Assembly (NCBI GenBank): GCA_047284725.1
Contig: JBJBEO010000001.1
Location: 1,848,203 to 1,912,202, forward strand
Direction: 5' to 3'
From: Synechococcus sp.
Lineage (GTDB): Bacteria > Cyanobacteriota > Cyanobacteriia > PCC-6307 > Cyanobiaceae
Length of the DNA stretch: 64,000 nucleotides
The notes below the pieces were generated by a model, which was given only the letters and a program-made list of their open reading frames with translations, ran no database searches and was not told where the DNA came from. Every line of letters starts with the position of its first letter. Position 1 is the first letter of the stretch. A program made the position numbers and the translations under genes. Positions 19,873 through 27,810 of the stretch are shown piece by piece.

Positions 19873-20250
19873 TCATCCCGCATCCGAGACGAGCGGATCC
19901 TGCTCCAGCAGAATCCACCGCCAACATTGCTCCGGCAAATCGATGGCTTCCGCCTCCAGGGGGCACTCCATCAACCACTGCACGAGTTGATGCGCTGGCA
20001 CTTCAAAGCTGTAGCGCAACGAGGGCTCATCAGGAAACGACAAGTCACAGCGGCAGGGATTGAGGGGTGCTCGCACCGGATCCCAACTGAGCCGATAGGC
20101 ATGCGATTGTCCCCCCTCCAGCTGGCGTCGCCCCTCCAGAAATCCCCTGTCAAAGAACGGCAGCACGTTCAGCAAGGCCTGTTCCTGCGGCAAACCTCCG
20201 CAGTAGGGAGCGAAGAGTGCAATCTGAGCTGCGTCGGCTGGGGGGGTCAC
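19873..20250 (-). CDS. ebsA: Probable type IV pilus biogenesis protein EbsA
   Basis: IALFAPYC N-terminal motif, LEGRRQLEGG; size and position next to the DRTGG gene; GTG start inferred. Confidence 0.65.
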   Translation of the reverse strand: MTPPADAAQIALFAPYCGGLPQEQALLNVLPFFDRGFLEGRRQLEGGQSHAYRLSWDPVRAPLNPCRCDLSFPDEPSLRYSFEVPAHQLVQWLMECPLEAEAIDLPEQCWRWILLEQDPLVSDAG

Positions 20251-20274
20251 TGGCCTGATTTTGTTAGTCCCAGG

Positions 20275-21033
20275 ATGCCCCAAGCTGGGGCGATGGCCCA
20301 ACATTCATCCAAATCTCCCTGGAAGGGAAAGCGAGTCGGCATCACCGGGGCCCGTGGTGCGCTGGGCCAGGCCCTCTGCCGGCAGTTTCAACAACGCGGA
20401 GCCAAGGTGGTGGGCTTCAGCCATGGCCCGCGTCCCGACACGGCTGATCCCCGGTCCATCCCCCAGGAATGGGTGCAATGGAGCTGCGGGCAGGAACACC
20501 AACTGGATCCCGTGCTCGCAACTCTTGACCTGTTGGTGCTGAACCATGGCATCAATCCTGGAGGTGATCAGCGACCCGAAACGATCACAACCGCTCTCCA
20601 GGTCAATGCTTTGAGCAGCTGGGCTTTGATCAATCGGTATGAAGCGATCGCCGCGGCCGCCCCTCTCGACGATGGCCGTCGCGACCTCTGGGTGAACACC
20701 TCCGAAGCGGAGATTCAACCAGCCTTAAGCCCTGGCTATGAACTGAGCAAACGCCTGATCGGTCAGCTGGTGAGCTTGCGATGGAGCCAACGCAGCCCCA
20801 GGGATCAGGCCTCATTGCGCCTCAGGAAGCTGGTGCTTGGCCCATTCAAGTCGGACCTCAATCCAATCGGGCTGATGTCGGCGGATTTTGTGGCGCAACA
20901 AGTGATCACTCAGGCGTCGTGGGGCCTCAGCCTGATCGTCGTCACGCCGAATCCACTGACGTATGTGTTTCTCCCCCTGAACGAACTGGGGCGTTCGCTG
21001 TACAACCGCTGCTTCAATCGCCCCGATCGGTGA
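20275..21033 (+). CDS. SDR-family oxidoreductase
   Basis: [37 protein letters not shown]. Confidence 0.85.
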   Translation: MPQAGAMAQHSSKSPWKGKRVGITGARGALGQALCRQFQQRGAKVVGFSHGPRPDTADPRSIPQEWVQWSCGQEHQLDPVLATLDLLVLNHGINPGGDQRPETITTALQVNALSSWALINRYEAIAAAAPLDDGRRDLWVNTSEAEIQPALSPGYELSKRLIGQLVSLRWSQRSPRDQASLRLRKLVLGPFKSDLNPIGLMSADFVAQQVITQASWGLSLIVVTPNPLTYVFLPLNELGRSLYNRCFNRPDR

Positions 21034-21853
21034 GGATGTCGCAGCCATCGGAAGTGACCACGATGGTGTGTTCCCACTGGGCCGACAAGCTGCCGTCCTT
21101 GGTGACGACGGTCCAGCGGTCTTTGAGGGTGCGGCAATGCTTGCTGCCTGCATTGAGGATGGGTTCCACAGCCAAGGTCATGCCCGGACGCAGGATGACA
21201 TTGGGAAGGTCGTCGGTGCGGAAGTTGAAGACCGAAGGCTCTTCGTGCAAATTACGGCCCACCCCATGACCGGTGTAATCCTCCACCACACTGAAACCAT
21301 TGGCGACAACGTGATCTTCCACAGCACCGGCGATATCCAGCAGCGTGTTGCCGGCCTTGATTTTTGAGAGACCAGCCATCAATGACTCACGAGCCACACG
21401 ACTGAGGGTCTGCGCCTCTTCAGAGGCGTCACCGACGCAGATGGTGACGCAGCTGTCACCGTGGTACCCGTCGAAATAAGCACCCGTATCCACTTTGAGT
21501 AAGTCGCCGTTGCGAATCACACGCTTGGCATTCGGGATGCCATGCACCACCTCGTTGTTGATGCTGGCGCAGATACTGGCCGGGAATCCGTGATAGCCCT
21601 TGAAACTGGGAGTCGCGCCCATCTCTCGGATGCGGCGTTCAGCGATGGCATCCAGATCACCTGTGGTCATGCCGGCCTGAACAGAGCCCATGATTTCGCG
21701 AAGCACCGTCGCGACGATCCGACTCGCCTCGGCCATGATTTTGAGTTCACGGGCTGATTTCACCTCCACACCACGACGCTGCTGGATGCGGGGCCCCGTG
21801 GCCGTGGCCCTGCCGCCATTGGAGGCAGCAAGAAGATCAGCAAAAAGATTCAT
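21014..21853 (-). CDS. map: Methionine aminopeptidase type I
   Basis: VVHGIP, DTG...GDS, GHGVG...HEEP, EP, SAQWEHT. Confidence 0.96.
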   Translation of the reverse strand: MNLFADLLAASNGGRATATGPRIQQRRGVEVKSARELKIMAEASRIVATVLREIMGSVQAGMTTGDLDAIAERRIREMGATPSFKGYHGFPASICASINNEVVHGIPNAKRVIRNGDLLKVDTGAYFDGYHGDSCVTICVGDASEEAQTLSRVARESLMAGLSKIKAGNTLLDIAGAVEDHVVANGFSVVEDYTGHGVGRNLHEEPSVFNFRTDDLPNVILRPGMTLAVEPILNAGSKHCRTLKDRWTVVTKDGSLSAQWEHTIVVTSDGCDILTDRGD

Positions 21854-21969
21854 CGCATCGCGTGGGGTGAGGATGACCGGTGGAGAACGGCAGGGCTGGC
21901 GTGATCTCCGCAGTCATGTCGGCATGGCTGGTTTCACGCTATCAATAGCTGCATCATCTGGAGGGTTCG

Positions 21970-22284
21970 ATGGCTTGGCTGCGACGGATCCGCCAGCTGC
22001 ATCGCTGGGTAGCGCCCTTCGTCCTGCTCCCGCTCCTGATCACGTTGACAACAGGCATGGCCTATCGCCTGCTCAAGGACTGGGCAGGCCTTGAACGGGA
22101 TCAGGTGCACTGGCTAATGGCGCTGCATGAAGGGGAATGGCTGGGTCCCCAGCTGGAACCGGCGGTCGTTCTGCTCAATGGCATAGGACTGCTATGGATG
22201 CTGATCACAGGTGGAGCCATGGTCTGGCAGCAGTTCCGCCTTGCTCGCCCTGCTTCAACAGATCAGGGGCAGGCGAAAGGGTAA
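21970..22284 (+). CDS. PepSY-associated TM-helix small membrane protein
   Basis: RQLHRW...TG and LHEGEWLG...ITG motifs. Confidence 0.75.
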   Translation: MAWLRRIRQLHRWVAPFVLLPLLITLTTGMAYRLLKDWAGLERDQVHWLMALHEGEWLGPQLEPAVVLLNGIGLLWMLITGGAMVWQQFRLARPASTDQGQAKG

Positions 22285-22317
22285 GCTGGTTGTTTGGCGT
22301 GATTACCCGGAGCTGGG

Positions 22318-22791
22318 ATGGCAGCGGATCCGAAAGAGACTTCCTCAACGGAAGAGACCACTGACGTGGCAACCAGCGATGTGGCCGTTGCAGACGCACC
22401 CGCCAAGGTCAACAGTGCTGCTTCAGGGGTGAAACTCAGCGCACAGCAGCTGATTCACGAATTTGAAGCAGCTCAGCAGAAATCCGAGCTCCCAGATATT
22501 TACGTGGGTGACACCGTCAAGGTGGGTGTTCGCATCAGCGAGGGCAATAAGGAGCGAGTCCAACCCTACGAAGGTGTGGTGATTGCCAAGCGCCATGGAG
22601 GCATCAATGCCACCATCACGGTGCGTCGCATTTTCCAGGGAATCGGCGTTGAGCGTGTGTTCATGCTTCACAGCCCCCAGGTGGCCTCCATCAAGGTCGA
22701 GCGTCGCGGTAAAGTACGTCGGGCGAAGCTTTTCTACCTGCGAGACCGAGTGGGCAAGGCCACTCGTGTGAAGCAGCGCTTCGACCGCTGA
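22318..22791 (+). CDS. rplS: 50S ribosomal protein L19
   Basis: [36 protein letters not shown]. Confidence 0.98.
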   Translation: MAADPKETSSTEETTDVATSDVAVADAPAKVNSAASGVKLSAQQLIHEFEAAQQKSELPDIYVGDTVKVGVRISEGNKERVQPYEGVVIAKRHGGINATITVRRIFQGIGVERVFMLHSPQVASIKVERRGKVRRAKLFYLRDRVGKATRVKQRFDR

Positions 22792-22853
22792 GGCCACGGC
22801 CTCACCCCGTCCAACAATCGTTGCTTTGCAATGGTCGAGGGGATCATCGCCTT

Positions 22854-22926
22854 GCGCCGTTAGTTCAGTTGGTAGAACGCAGGTCTCCAAAACCTGATGT
22901 CGGGGGTTCGAGTCCTCCACGGCGCG
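22854..22926 (+). tRNA. trnW: tRNA-Trp (CCA)
   Basis: GCGCCGT/ACGGCGC acceptor stem, anticodon loop CTCCAAA, GTTCGAG T-loop. Confidence 0.97.
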
Positions 22927-22962
22927 TCCGATGACCCCTCATGCACTTTCCTGAGTTCGAGC

Positions 22963-23151
22963 ATGGAGTTAGATCTTCAACCTGGTGATGTTGTGAAGGT
23001 GCTCGAATCAGCCGCCCTCGGCTGGGTTCGGGCCCGTGTGATTCGTGTCAAATCAGGCGGCAGGGTCGTTGTTCAAAGCGATCAAGGCCGTGAGTTCACA
23101 GCCCGCGGCAATCAGGTACGCCTGATTGAGCCAGCAGGGTTCCGTCCCTGA
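22963..23151 (+). CDS. hcp: Prochlorococcus/Synechococcus hyperconserved protein (62 aa)
   Basis: MELDLQPGDVVKVLESAALGWVRARVIRVKSGGRVVVQSDQGREFTARGNQVRLIEPAGFRP; rplS-trnW-hcp context. Confidence 0.95.
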   Translation: MELDLQPGDVVKVLESAALGWVRARVIRVKSGGRVVVQSDQGREFTARGNQVRLIEPAGFRP

Positions 23152-23172
23152 CAGTTCTCATTGATGGACTGT

Positions 23173-23198
23173 GACCTCGCCCAAGGGCGGGGTTTTTT
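23173..23198 (+). terminator. Intrinsic terminator after hcp
   Basis: GACCTCGCCC-AA-GGGCGGGGTTTTTT. Confidence 0.85.
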
Positions 23199-23322
23199 CA
23201 TGCCTGCATCTGCCCATGCGCTTCGGCCGTGGCCTGGCCCATGTTTTGCGAGCACAGGTGGAGTCCAGCTGGTTGACCTGATGCAACCACAACAGATCGA
23301 ACATGCCGCCGAAAACCGGCAG

Positions 23323-23405
23323 CTCTCAGGAAATTCACAGACATGCCTCAGCAGCCATTCATTGGCGGCACCCTTTTCTGAGCGATGGTGTGGTGGAGAG
23401 AAAGG
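23323..23405 (+). promoter_or_regulatory. Putative regulated promoter: three 11-bp-periodic heptamers plus -35/-10-like boxes; paralogous to the array unit
   Basis: CTCTCAG (23323), TTCACAG (23334), GCCTCAG (23345), then TTGGCG-N16-GATGGT, then GAGAGAAAGG; 58/83 ungapped identity to the minus strand of each 284-bp unit. Confidence 0.6.
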
Positions 23406-23468
23406 CAGCCCTGAGAGCAGGTTCCACGCTGCCGACCAGAGGCCAATTATTAAGAAAGTGTCAAGCCC

Positions 23469-23521
23469 TTGCGCAAGGCTTTGTAGCGTGCCATCATGAG
23501 TTCAAGGGAGGGAACACTCCC
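23469..23521 (+). promoter_or_regulatory. Possible proximal promoter and 5' hairpin of the pilin-like gene
   Basis: TTGCGC-N17-CATCAT (23469-23497) then GGGAG-GGAACA-CTCCC hairpin (23506-23521). Confidence 0.35.
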
Positions 23522-23560
23522 CCCTCATGCACAGCTCCTTTCTCTCACCCGAGCTTTCAA

Positions 23561-24019
23561 ATGAAAAACTTCAAAGCACTCGTTGCCGGTCTTGTTGCGC
23601 TGGGCGCCTTTGCTCCTGCAGCTTTCGCCGACACTTCTGATAGCACCAAGTTCCAGTATACTCGTTCATTCGCTTGTGACATTGCAGCCGACGATTCGAC
23701 GGTCGCGATGACCAAGACTGGCGACCAACTTGATGGTAGCACTGGTTTGACTGTCACTGGTGACACAAGTCTCGCCAAAGTGACTGTCCAAGTTGGAGAC
23801 ACTTCAGCCAGCGAAAATGTCACCCTCCAAGCGGGCTCGGCAATTGTGACACTTGACGGCGTTTCTTCGGAAGCAGTCACTGGATCTGGCGGCAGCAAGT
23901 CTGACAATTTCGTGCACACCTCCGTCGCGAGCGCTATGACCCTTAGCGCTCAAGTCACGGGTGCTACTGCTCTTGGCTTGTATGAAATCCCAGTCGAGGT
24001 GACCTGCGCCGAAGCTTGA
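23561..24019 (+). CDS. Secreted beta-rich protein, fimbrial major-subunit-like (152 aa)
   Basis: Sec signal MKNFKALVAGLVALGAFAPAAFA; T/S/V/G/A/D-rich alternating pattern; two Cys near the two ends of the mature chain; C-terminal GLYEIPVEVTC. CDS is secure, function is inferred. Confidence 0.7.
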   Translation: MKNFKALVAGLVALGAFAPAAFADTSDSTKFQYTRSFACDIAADDSTVAMTKTGDQLDGSTGLTVTGDTSLAKVTVQVGDTSASENVTLQAGSAIVTLDGVSSEAVTGSGGSKSDNFVHTSVASAMTLSAQVTGATALGLYEIPVEVTCAEA

Positions 24020-24070
24020 TTGATTTTCATCAGCTAACCAAAGGGAACACAGTCTCTTTGCAACTATTAA

Positions 24071-24099
24071 AAGAGAGGGGCTTTACACCCCTCTTTTTT
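24071..24099 (+). terminator. Intrinsic terminator after the pilin-like gene
   Basis: AGAGGGG-CTTTACA-CCCCTCT-TTTTT. Confidence 0.85.
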
Positions 24100-24130
24100 A
24101 TGCTACTTTTCAAATATCTAGGCTCTTAAC

Positions 24131-24511
24131 ATGATCCTTGAAGGTGCTCTTCTTGCTGCAGCATTGCAAATCAAAGGCCCCGACGTTTTAACGCGCAATA
24201 TAAAAAATGAATCCCAAGTGAGAGGCTATGCCGAAGCCGACCAAGGTAAACCTGGTGTTTACACCATCACCATTCACACTGCAGATGGAGAAGGAGTTGG
24301 AGAAGAGATCATTCCTATCACCATCCTCCCGAAAAAGCTAATACTTAAGGAAAAGAGACCGAGAACATTTTCTATGAAATTTTCACTCTCCGAAAACTAC
24401 GAAGGTCCGGTTTACTTTTGCATTAAACGAAAAAATGATCCCGGCGAAAAAGCCGGAGGACTCAGAATTAGAACTCGCACATGCTATAAGAGATCGATAC
24501 TTGCCAAATAG
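24131..24511 (+). CDS. Hypothetical protein, possibly a single-domain PapD-like chaperone
   Basis: 126 aa, beta-strand pattern, ITILPKKLIL...PRTFSM, two C-terminal Cys (VYFC...RTRTC). Confidence 0.55.
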   Translation: MILEGALLAAALQIKGPDVLTRNIKNESQVRGYAEADQGKPGVYTITIHTADGEGVGEEIIPITILPKKLILKEKRPRTFSMKFSLSENYEGPVYFCIKRKNDPGEKAGGLRIRTRTCYKRSILAK

Positions 24512-24516
24512 ACCGC

Positions 24517-25047
24517 ATGACTCACTGCAACATCAAAATGTTTCGCCCCAAGGCAATTAATTTCAGATTATTTTTCCTGCTATTTGCTTATTGCTTTTTT
24601 CCTGCAAATGCCTTCTCTCAAATAACAACTTTTGAGCCAGTCACTGGCACGTCCAACGAACTTCTTCTCGATGATTTGGGGCTCTCCTCCATACAACAAC
24701 CAGAAGGAAGAACATTTACTCTTGAACTGCCTGATGGATTAGTTTGCGAATCAACTGATGGAACTCCACCTTCACTGAATCTCTATGCAGGCACATCAGA
24801 TCGAACCAATTCATTTCAACGCTCCAGCGATTATTACACGGGAGGCATTGGTGCAGGTGCTGTAGTTTCAATACCTTTGAACACAAAAGAAAAAAGAAAC
24901 TGTGATGCAGCTTACAAAAGCTATTTAAATTCGAAGCAACTTGAAACAGCCCAATTGCTCTACGAGCTCGGGGTCATGAATGACGACGAACTTCAAGAAT
25001 TCGCAAACCGCATCAAAGATTTGCTTATTAATTCAAGCCAAAATTAA
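24517..25047 (+). CDS. Exported hypothetical protein
   Basis: Signal peptide (..FFPANAFS), GLVC..., GAVVSIPL...NC, helical C-terminus; 5 nt after the previous stop; alternative ATG 24538. Confidence 0.7.
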   Translation: MTHCNIKMFRPKAINFRLFFLLFAYCFFPANAFSQITTFEPVTGTSNELLLDDLGLSSIQQPEGRTFTLELPDGLVCESTDGTPPSLNLYAGTSDRTNSFQRSSDYYTGGIGAGAVVSIPLNTKEKRNCDAAYKSYLNSKQLETAQLLYELGVMNDDELQEFANRIKDLLINSSQN

Positions 25048-25056
25048 AATATCTGG

Positions 25057-25296
25057 CTACCGATCGTTAACTTTACAACCAATAAGGTCTTCGCCTCCCA
25101 AATCAGAAACGAAATAGCGACAAGTTTCCACAATAGTTTCCTCAACCTTAAAACGAAATATTACCCGAACGCTTTTTTTTTCGATACCTGCTACTCGATG
25201 CCTCTCACTATTTATGCCATTTTGTATGAGTACAAAAGAAAAAATCAGCACAAGAACCACAAGAGTGCAATAATATACTGATTTTTTTTGCATCAT
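25057..25296 (-). CDS. Small membrane-anchored hypothetical protein
   Basis: N-terminal TM helix, two Cys in the C-terminal half; AT-rich. Confidence 0.5.
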   Translation of the reverse strand: MMQKKSVYYCTLVVLVLIFSFVLIQNGINSERHRVAGIEKKSVRVIFRFKVEETIVETCRYFVSDLGGEDLIGCKVNDR

Positions 25297-25315
25297 TCTC
25301 AAGCCTTAAACTTTG

Positions 25316-25603
25316 CTATTGCAACTTTTTATGCAAGGTCTCTGTTGAAACTCTCCCGTTAGTCAAATCAATACAAGAGACAGAAGTCACTGTATCTAAA
25401 GGTTGATTGGCTAAGAAATTACTTGCAGCATTTAGGCAAATGCTATGTCTTTGAAATTGAAAAGCGACGGCATCTATTGTACTAGAGCCTTGAGTTCTCA
25501 CCTGAATAACCATTTGCGACCGCGCCATCACTGGCGCAGAGGCAAAGGCTAAAAGCATCAATTGTGAGAGTGGAGCCCAAGCGAAAAGCCGCAACCGTTT
25601 CAT
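25316..25603 (-). CDS. Small secreted hypothetical protein
   Basis: Signal peptide (..LLAFASAPVMA), F-x5-C-x2-A...C pattern. Confidence 0.6.
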   Translation of the reverse strand: MKRLRLFAWAPLSQLMLLAFASAPVMARSQMVIQVRTQGSSTIDAVAFQFQRHSICLNAASNFLANQPLDTVTSVSCIDLTNGRVSTETLHKKLQ

Positions 25604-26074
25604 AAAATCGATCTAATTAGAATTGAACGCGAACTGGTCAGGATGCCAGCGAAAAACCAATTTCGCCCATAACGACAAACAATTGAGAAATTGAGAGGCT
25701 TCAGAGCAAACAGGGAAATCCCTTTTCCTTCTTAGCTTGAGAACAAACAATTCACAAGGCTGCATGAAGTTTCTATGCAAAGTTTTGCTCTCCAAACGAC
25801 TCAATCTCCATCATGATTGAACTCATGGCAGGCGTAGCAACTTGAATGCTGCGGCCAAACCCTTGACGCAACCTTTGATCCAAGTCAAGCAAGCTGACAG
25901 CCTCTTGCGACTTTAGAGATCCATACACCTCAAACTGCTTGATCCCCGCCATGCACGGATCAAGCCCGTGATTGACCGACAAAGCATGGAGCGGCAGCGC
26001 AGCCCGGCGACCTGACCCACGCCATCACCATCAGGGCCTGTTCCTTGATGGGCCTGAATCGGGCAGCAAGCAAT

Positions 26075-26103
26075 AAAAAAGGCGCCCATGCAGGCGCCCC
26101 TTT
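26075..26103 (-). terminator. Intrinsic terminator in repeat copy 1 (recurs at +284, +568, +852, +1136)
   Basis: Minus strand AAAGG-GGCGCCT-GCAT-GGGCGCC-TTTTTT. Confidence 0.8.
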
Positions 26104-26110
26104 CTCTCAA
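26075..26110 (-). ncRNA. Candidate tiny RNA (~35-40 nt), one per repeat copy
   Basis: Lies between the conserved promoter-like element and the terminator: UGAGAGAAAGGGGCGCCUGCAUGGGCGCCUUUUUU; inferred only, no expression data. Confidence 0.4.
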
Positions 26111-26181
26111 GACCAACATCGCGCACATCGATGCCCGGTCAATGGGTGGCCACTGAGAGCTATCTGTGAATTACCTGAGAG
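26099..26181 (-). promoter_or_regulatory. Promoter-like element in repeat copy 1 (recurs in all five copies)
   Basis: Minus strand CTCTCAG-N4-TTCACAG-N4-CTCTCAG...TTGACC-N16-GATGTT...GAGAGAAAGG; colinear with 23323-23405. Confidence 0.6.
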
Positions 26182-27623
26182 TCCTGGTGGACGGTTGCAG
26201 AGGCGGCCCCTGCTATCGCCGTCCCGCCCCCGCCATGCACGGATCAAGCCCGTGATTGACCGACAAAGCATGGAGCGGCAGCGCAGCCCGGCGACCTGAC
26301 CCACGCCATCACCATCAGGGCCTGTTCCTTGATGGGCCTGAATCGGGCAGCAAGCAATAAAAAAGGCGCCCATGCAGGCGCCCCTTTCTCTCAAGACCAA
26401 CATCGCGCACATCGATGCCCGGTCAATGGGTGGCCACTGAGAGCTATCTGTGAATTACCTGAGAGTCCTGGTGGACGGTTGCAGAGGCGGCCCCTGCTAT
26501 CGCCGTCCCGCCCCCGCCATGCACGGATCAAGCCCGTGATTGACCGACAAAGCATGGAGCGGCAGCGCAGCCCGGCGACCTGACCCACGCCATCACCATC
26601 AGGGCCTGTTCCTTGATGGGCCTGAATCGGGCAGCAAGCAATAAAAAAGGCGCCCATGCAGGCGCCCCTTTCTCTCAAGACCAACATCGCGCACATCGAT
26701 GCCCGGTCAATGGGTGGCCACTGAGAGCTATCTGTGAATTACCTGAGAGTCCTGGTGGACGGTTGCAGAGGCGGCCCCTGCTATCGCCGTCCCGCCCCCG
26801 CCATGCACGGATCAAGCCCGTGATTGACCGACAAAGCATGGAGCGGCAGCGCAGCCCGGCGACCTGACCCACGCCATCACCATCAGGGCCTGTTCCTTGA
26901 TGGGCCTGAATCGGGCAGCAAGCAATAAAAAAGGCGCCCATGCAGGCGCCCCTTTCTCTCAAGACCAACATCGCGCACATCGATGCCCGGTCAATGGGTG
27001 GCCACTGAGAGCTATCTGTGAATTACCTGAGAGTCCTGGTGGACGGTTGCAGAGGCGACCCCTGCTATCGCCGTCCCGCCCCCGCCATGCACGGATCAAG
27101 CCCGTGATTGACCGACAAAGCATGGAGCGGCAGCGCAGCCCGGCGACCTGACCCACGCCATCACCATCAGGGCCTGTTCCTTGATGGGCCTGAATCGGGC
27201 AGCAAGCAATAAAAAAGGCGCCCATGCAGGCGCCCCTTTCTCTCAAGACCAACATCGCGCACATCGATGCCCGGTCAATGGGTGGCCACTGAGAGCTATC
27301 TGTGAATTACCTGAGAGTCCTGGTGGACGGTTGCAGAGGCGGCCCCGAAACAAGCCTTCGCGAAAAGCCTCGCAAGACGGTCATGTTTCCGGGTTATTGA
27401 CAGACACCCTGTCTTCGGCGGAATAGCGCCACGTTGACGCTTGCTGATCGAAGTCCGATCCCAGGCGATTCTGCCGGCCTGCGTCCGTCTCCGGTTCCGC
27501 TTCATGGGCACAAAGCCTTGGACTGGCCTCGCCTCGAGTCGACCAGACCAGCCAGAACACGGGTGAACACTTCGCGTCACTGACAACCGTTTGAGGCATC
27601 CACCAGCTGATTCAGGCAGTTGG

Positions 27624-27653
27624 TTGACGGAGGGCAGGGCTGAGGTCGATACT
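27624..27653 (+). promoter_or_regulatory. Sigma70-like promoter for trnD-gltX
   Basis: TTGACG-N18-GATACT about 60 nt upstream of the tRNA. Confidence 0.5.
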
Positions 27654-27716
27654 TTCTGAGTCGCGCAAGCGATGCAGGGCAATCGCAGGTGAAGTCGCAC
27701 CTGACGATGCATGCCT

Positions 27717-27790
27717 GGGACCGTAGTTCAATTGGTTAGAGCACCGCCCTGTCACGGCGGAAGTTGCGGGTTCGAGCCCCGTCGGTCCCG
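27717..27790 (+). tRNA. trnD: tRNA-Asp (GTC)
   Basis: GGGACCG/CGGTCCC acceptor stem, anticodon loop CTGTCAC, GTTCGAG. Confidence 0.97.
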
Positions 27791-27810
27791 TTCCAAACCT
27801 CCACACCACC

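Larger units (their letters stand above)
25944..27346. repeat. Tandem array, 284-bp period, 4.94 copies (5 x 267-bp core plus 4 x 17-bp linker)
   Basis: Copies start at 25944, 26228, 26512, 26796, 27080; the ORF track repeats with the same 284-nt offset; only difference I found is G>A at 27058; linker TGCTATCGCCGTCCCGC. Confidence 0.98.
23200..27616. other. Accessory island between hcp and tRNA-Asp (boundaries approximate)
   Basis: AT-rich core (hand count 21/60 GC at 25201-25260), non-core ORFs, tandem array; no integrase or transposase. Confidence 0.75.

Noticed and set aside
23303..23560. 86-aa N-terminal extension of the pilin-like ORF
   Set aside because: A clear signal peptide starts at ATG 23561 and the upstream sequence reads as promoter/leader
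25613..25982. 63-aa and 69-aa minus-strand ORFs left of the array
   Set aside because: No recognisable features and one starts inside the repeat; may be decayed remnants but unsupported
23323..26181. Invertible switch between the inversely oriented 83-bp elements
   Set aside because: Only 70% identity, longest exact matches 10 bp, and no recombinase in the window
25944..27346. CRISPR array
   Set aside because: Period is 284 bp with identical linkers; no short repeats with unique spacers and no cas genes in the window
25913..27426. Repeated 84-aa (+) and 101-aa (-) ORFs inside the array
   Set aside because: They run through the terminator and promoter-like element, span unit junctions, are disrupted at the array ends and have R/P/G-rich shadow-ORF composition
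23266..27628. CAGCTGGTTGAC (23266) / CAGTTGGTTGAC (27617) as attL/attR
   Set aside because: 12 bp with a mismatch, not tRNA-derived, and the second overlaps the putative trnD -35 box; plausibly chance
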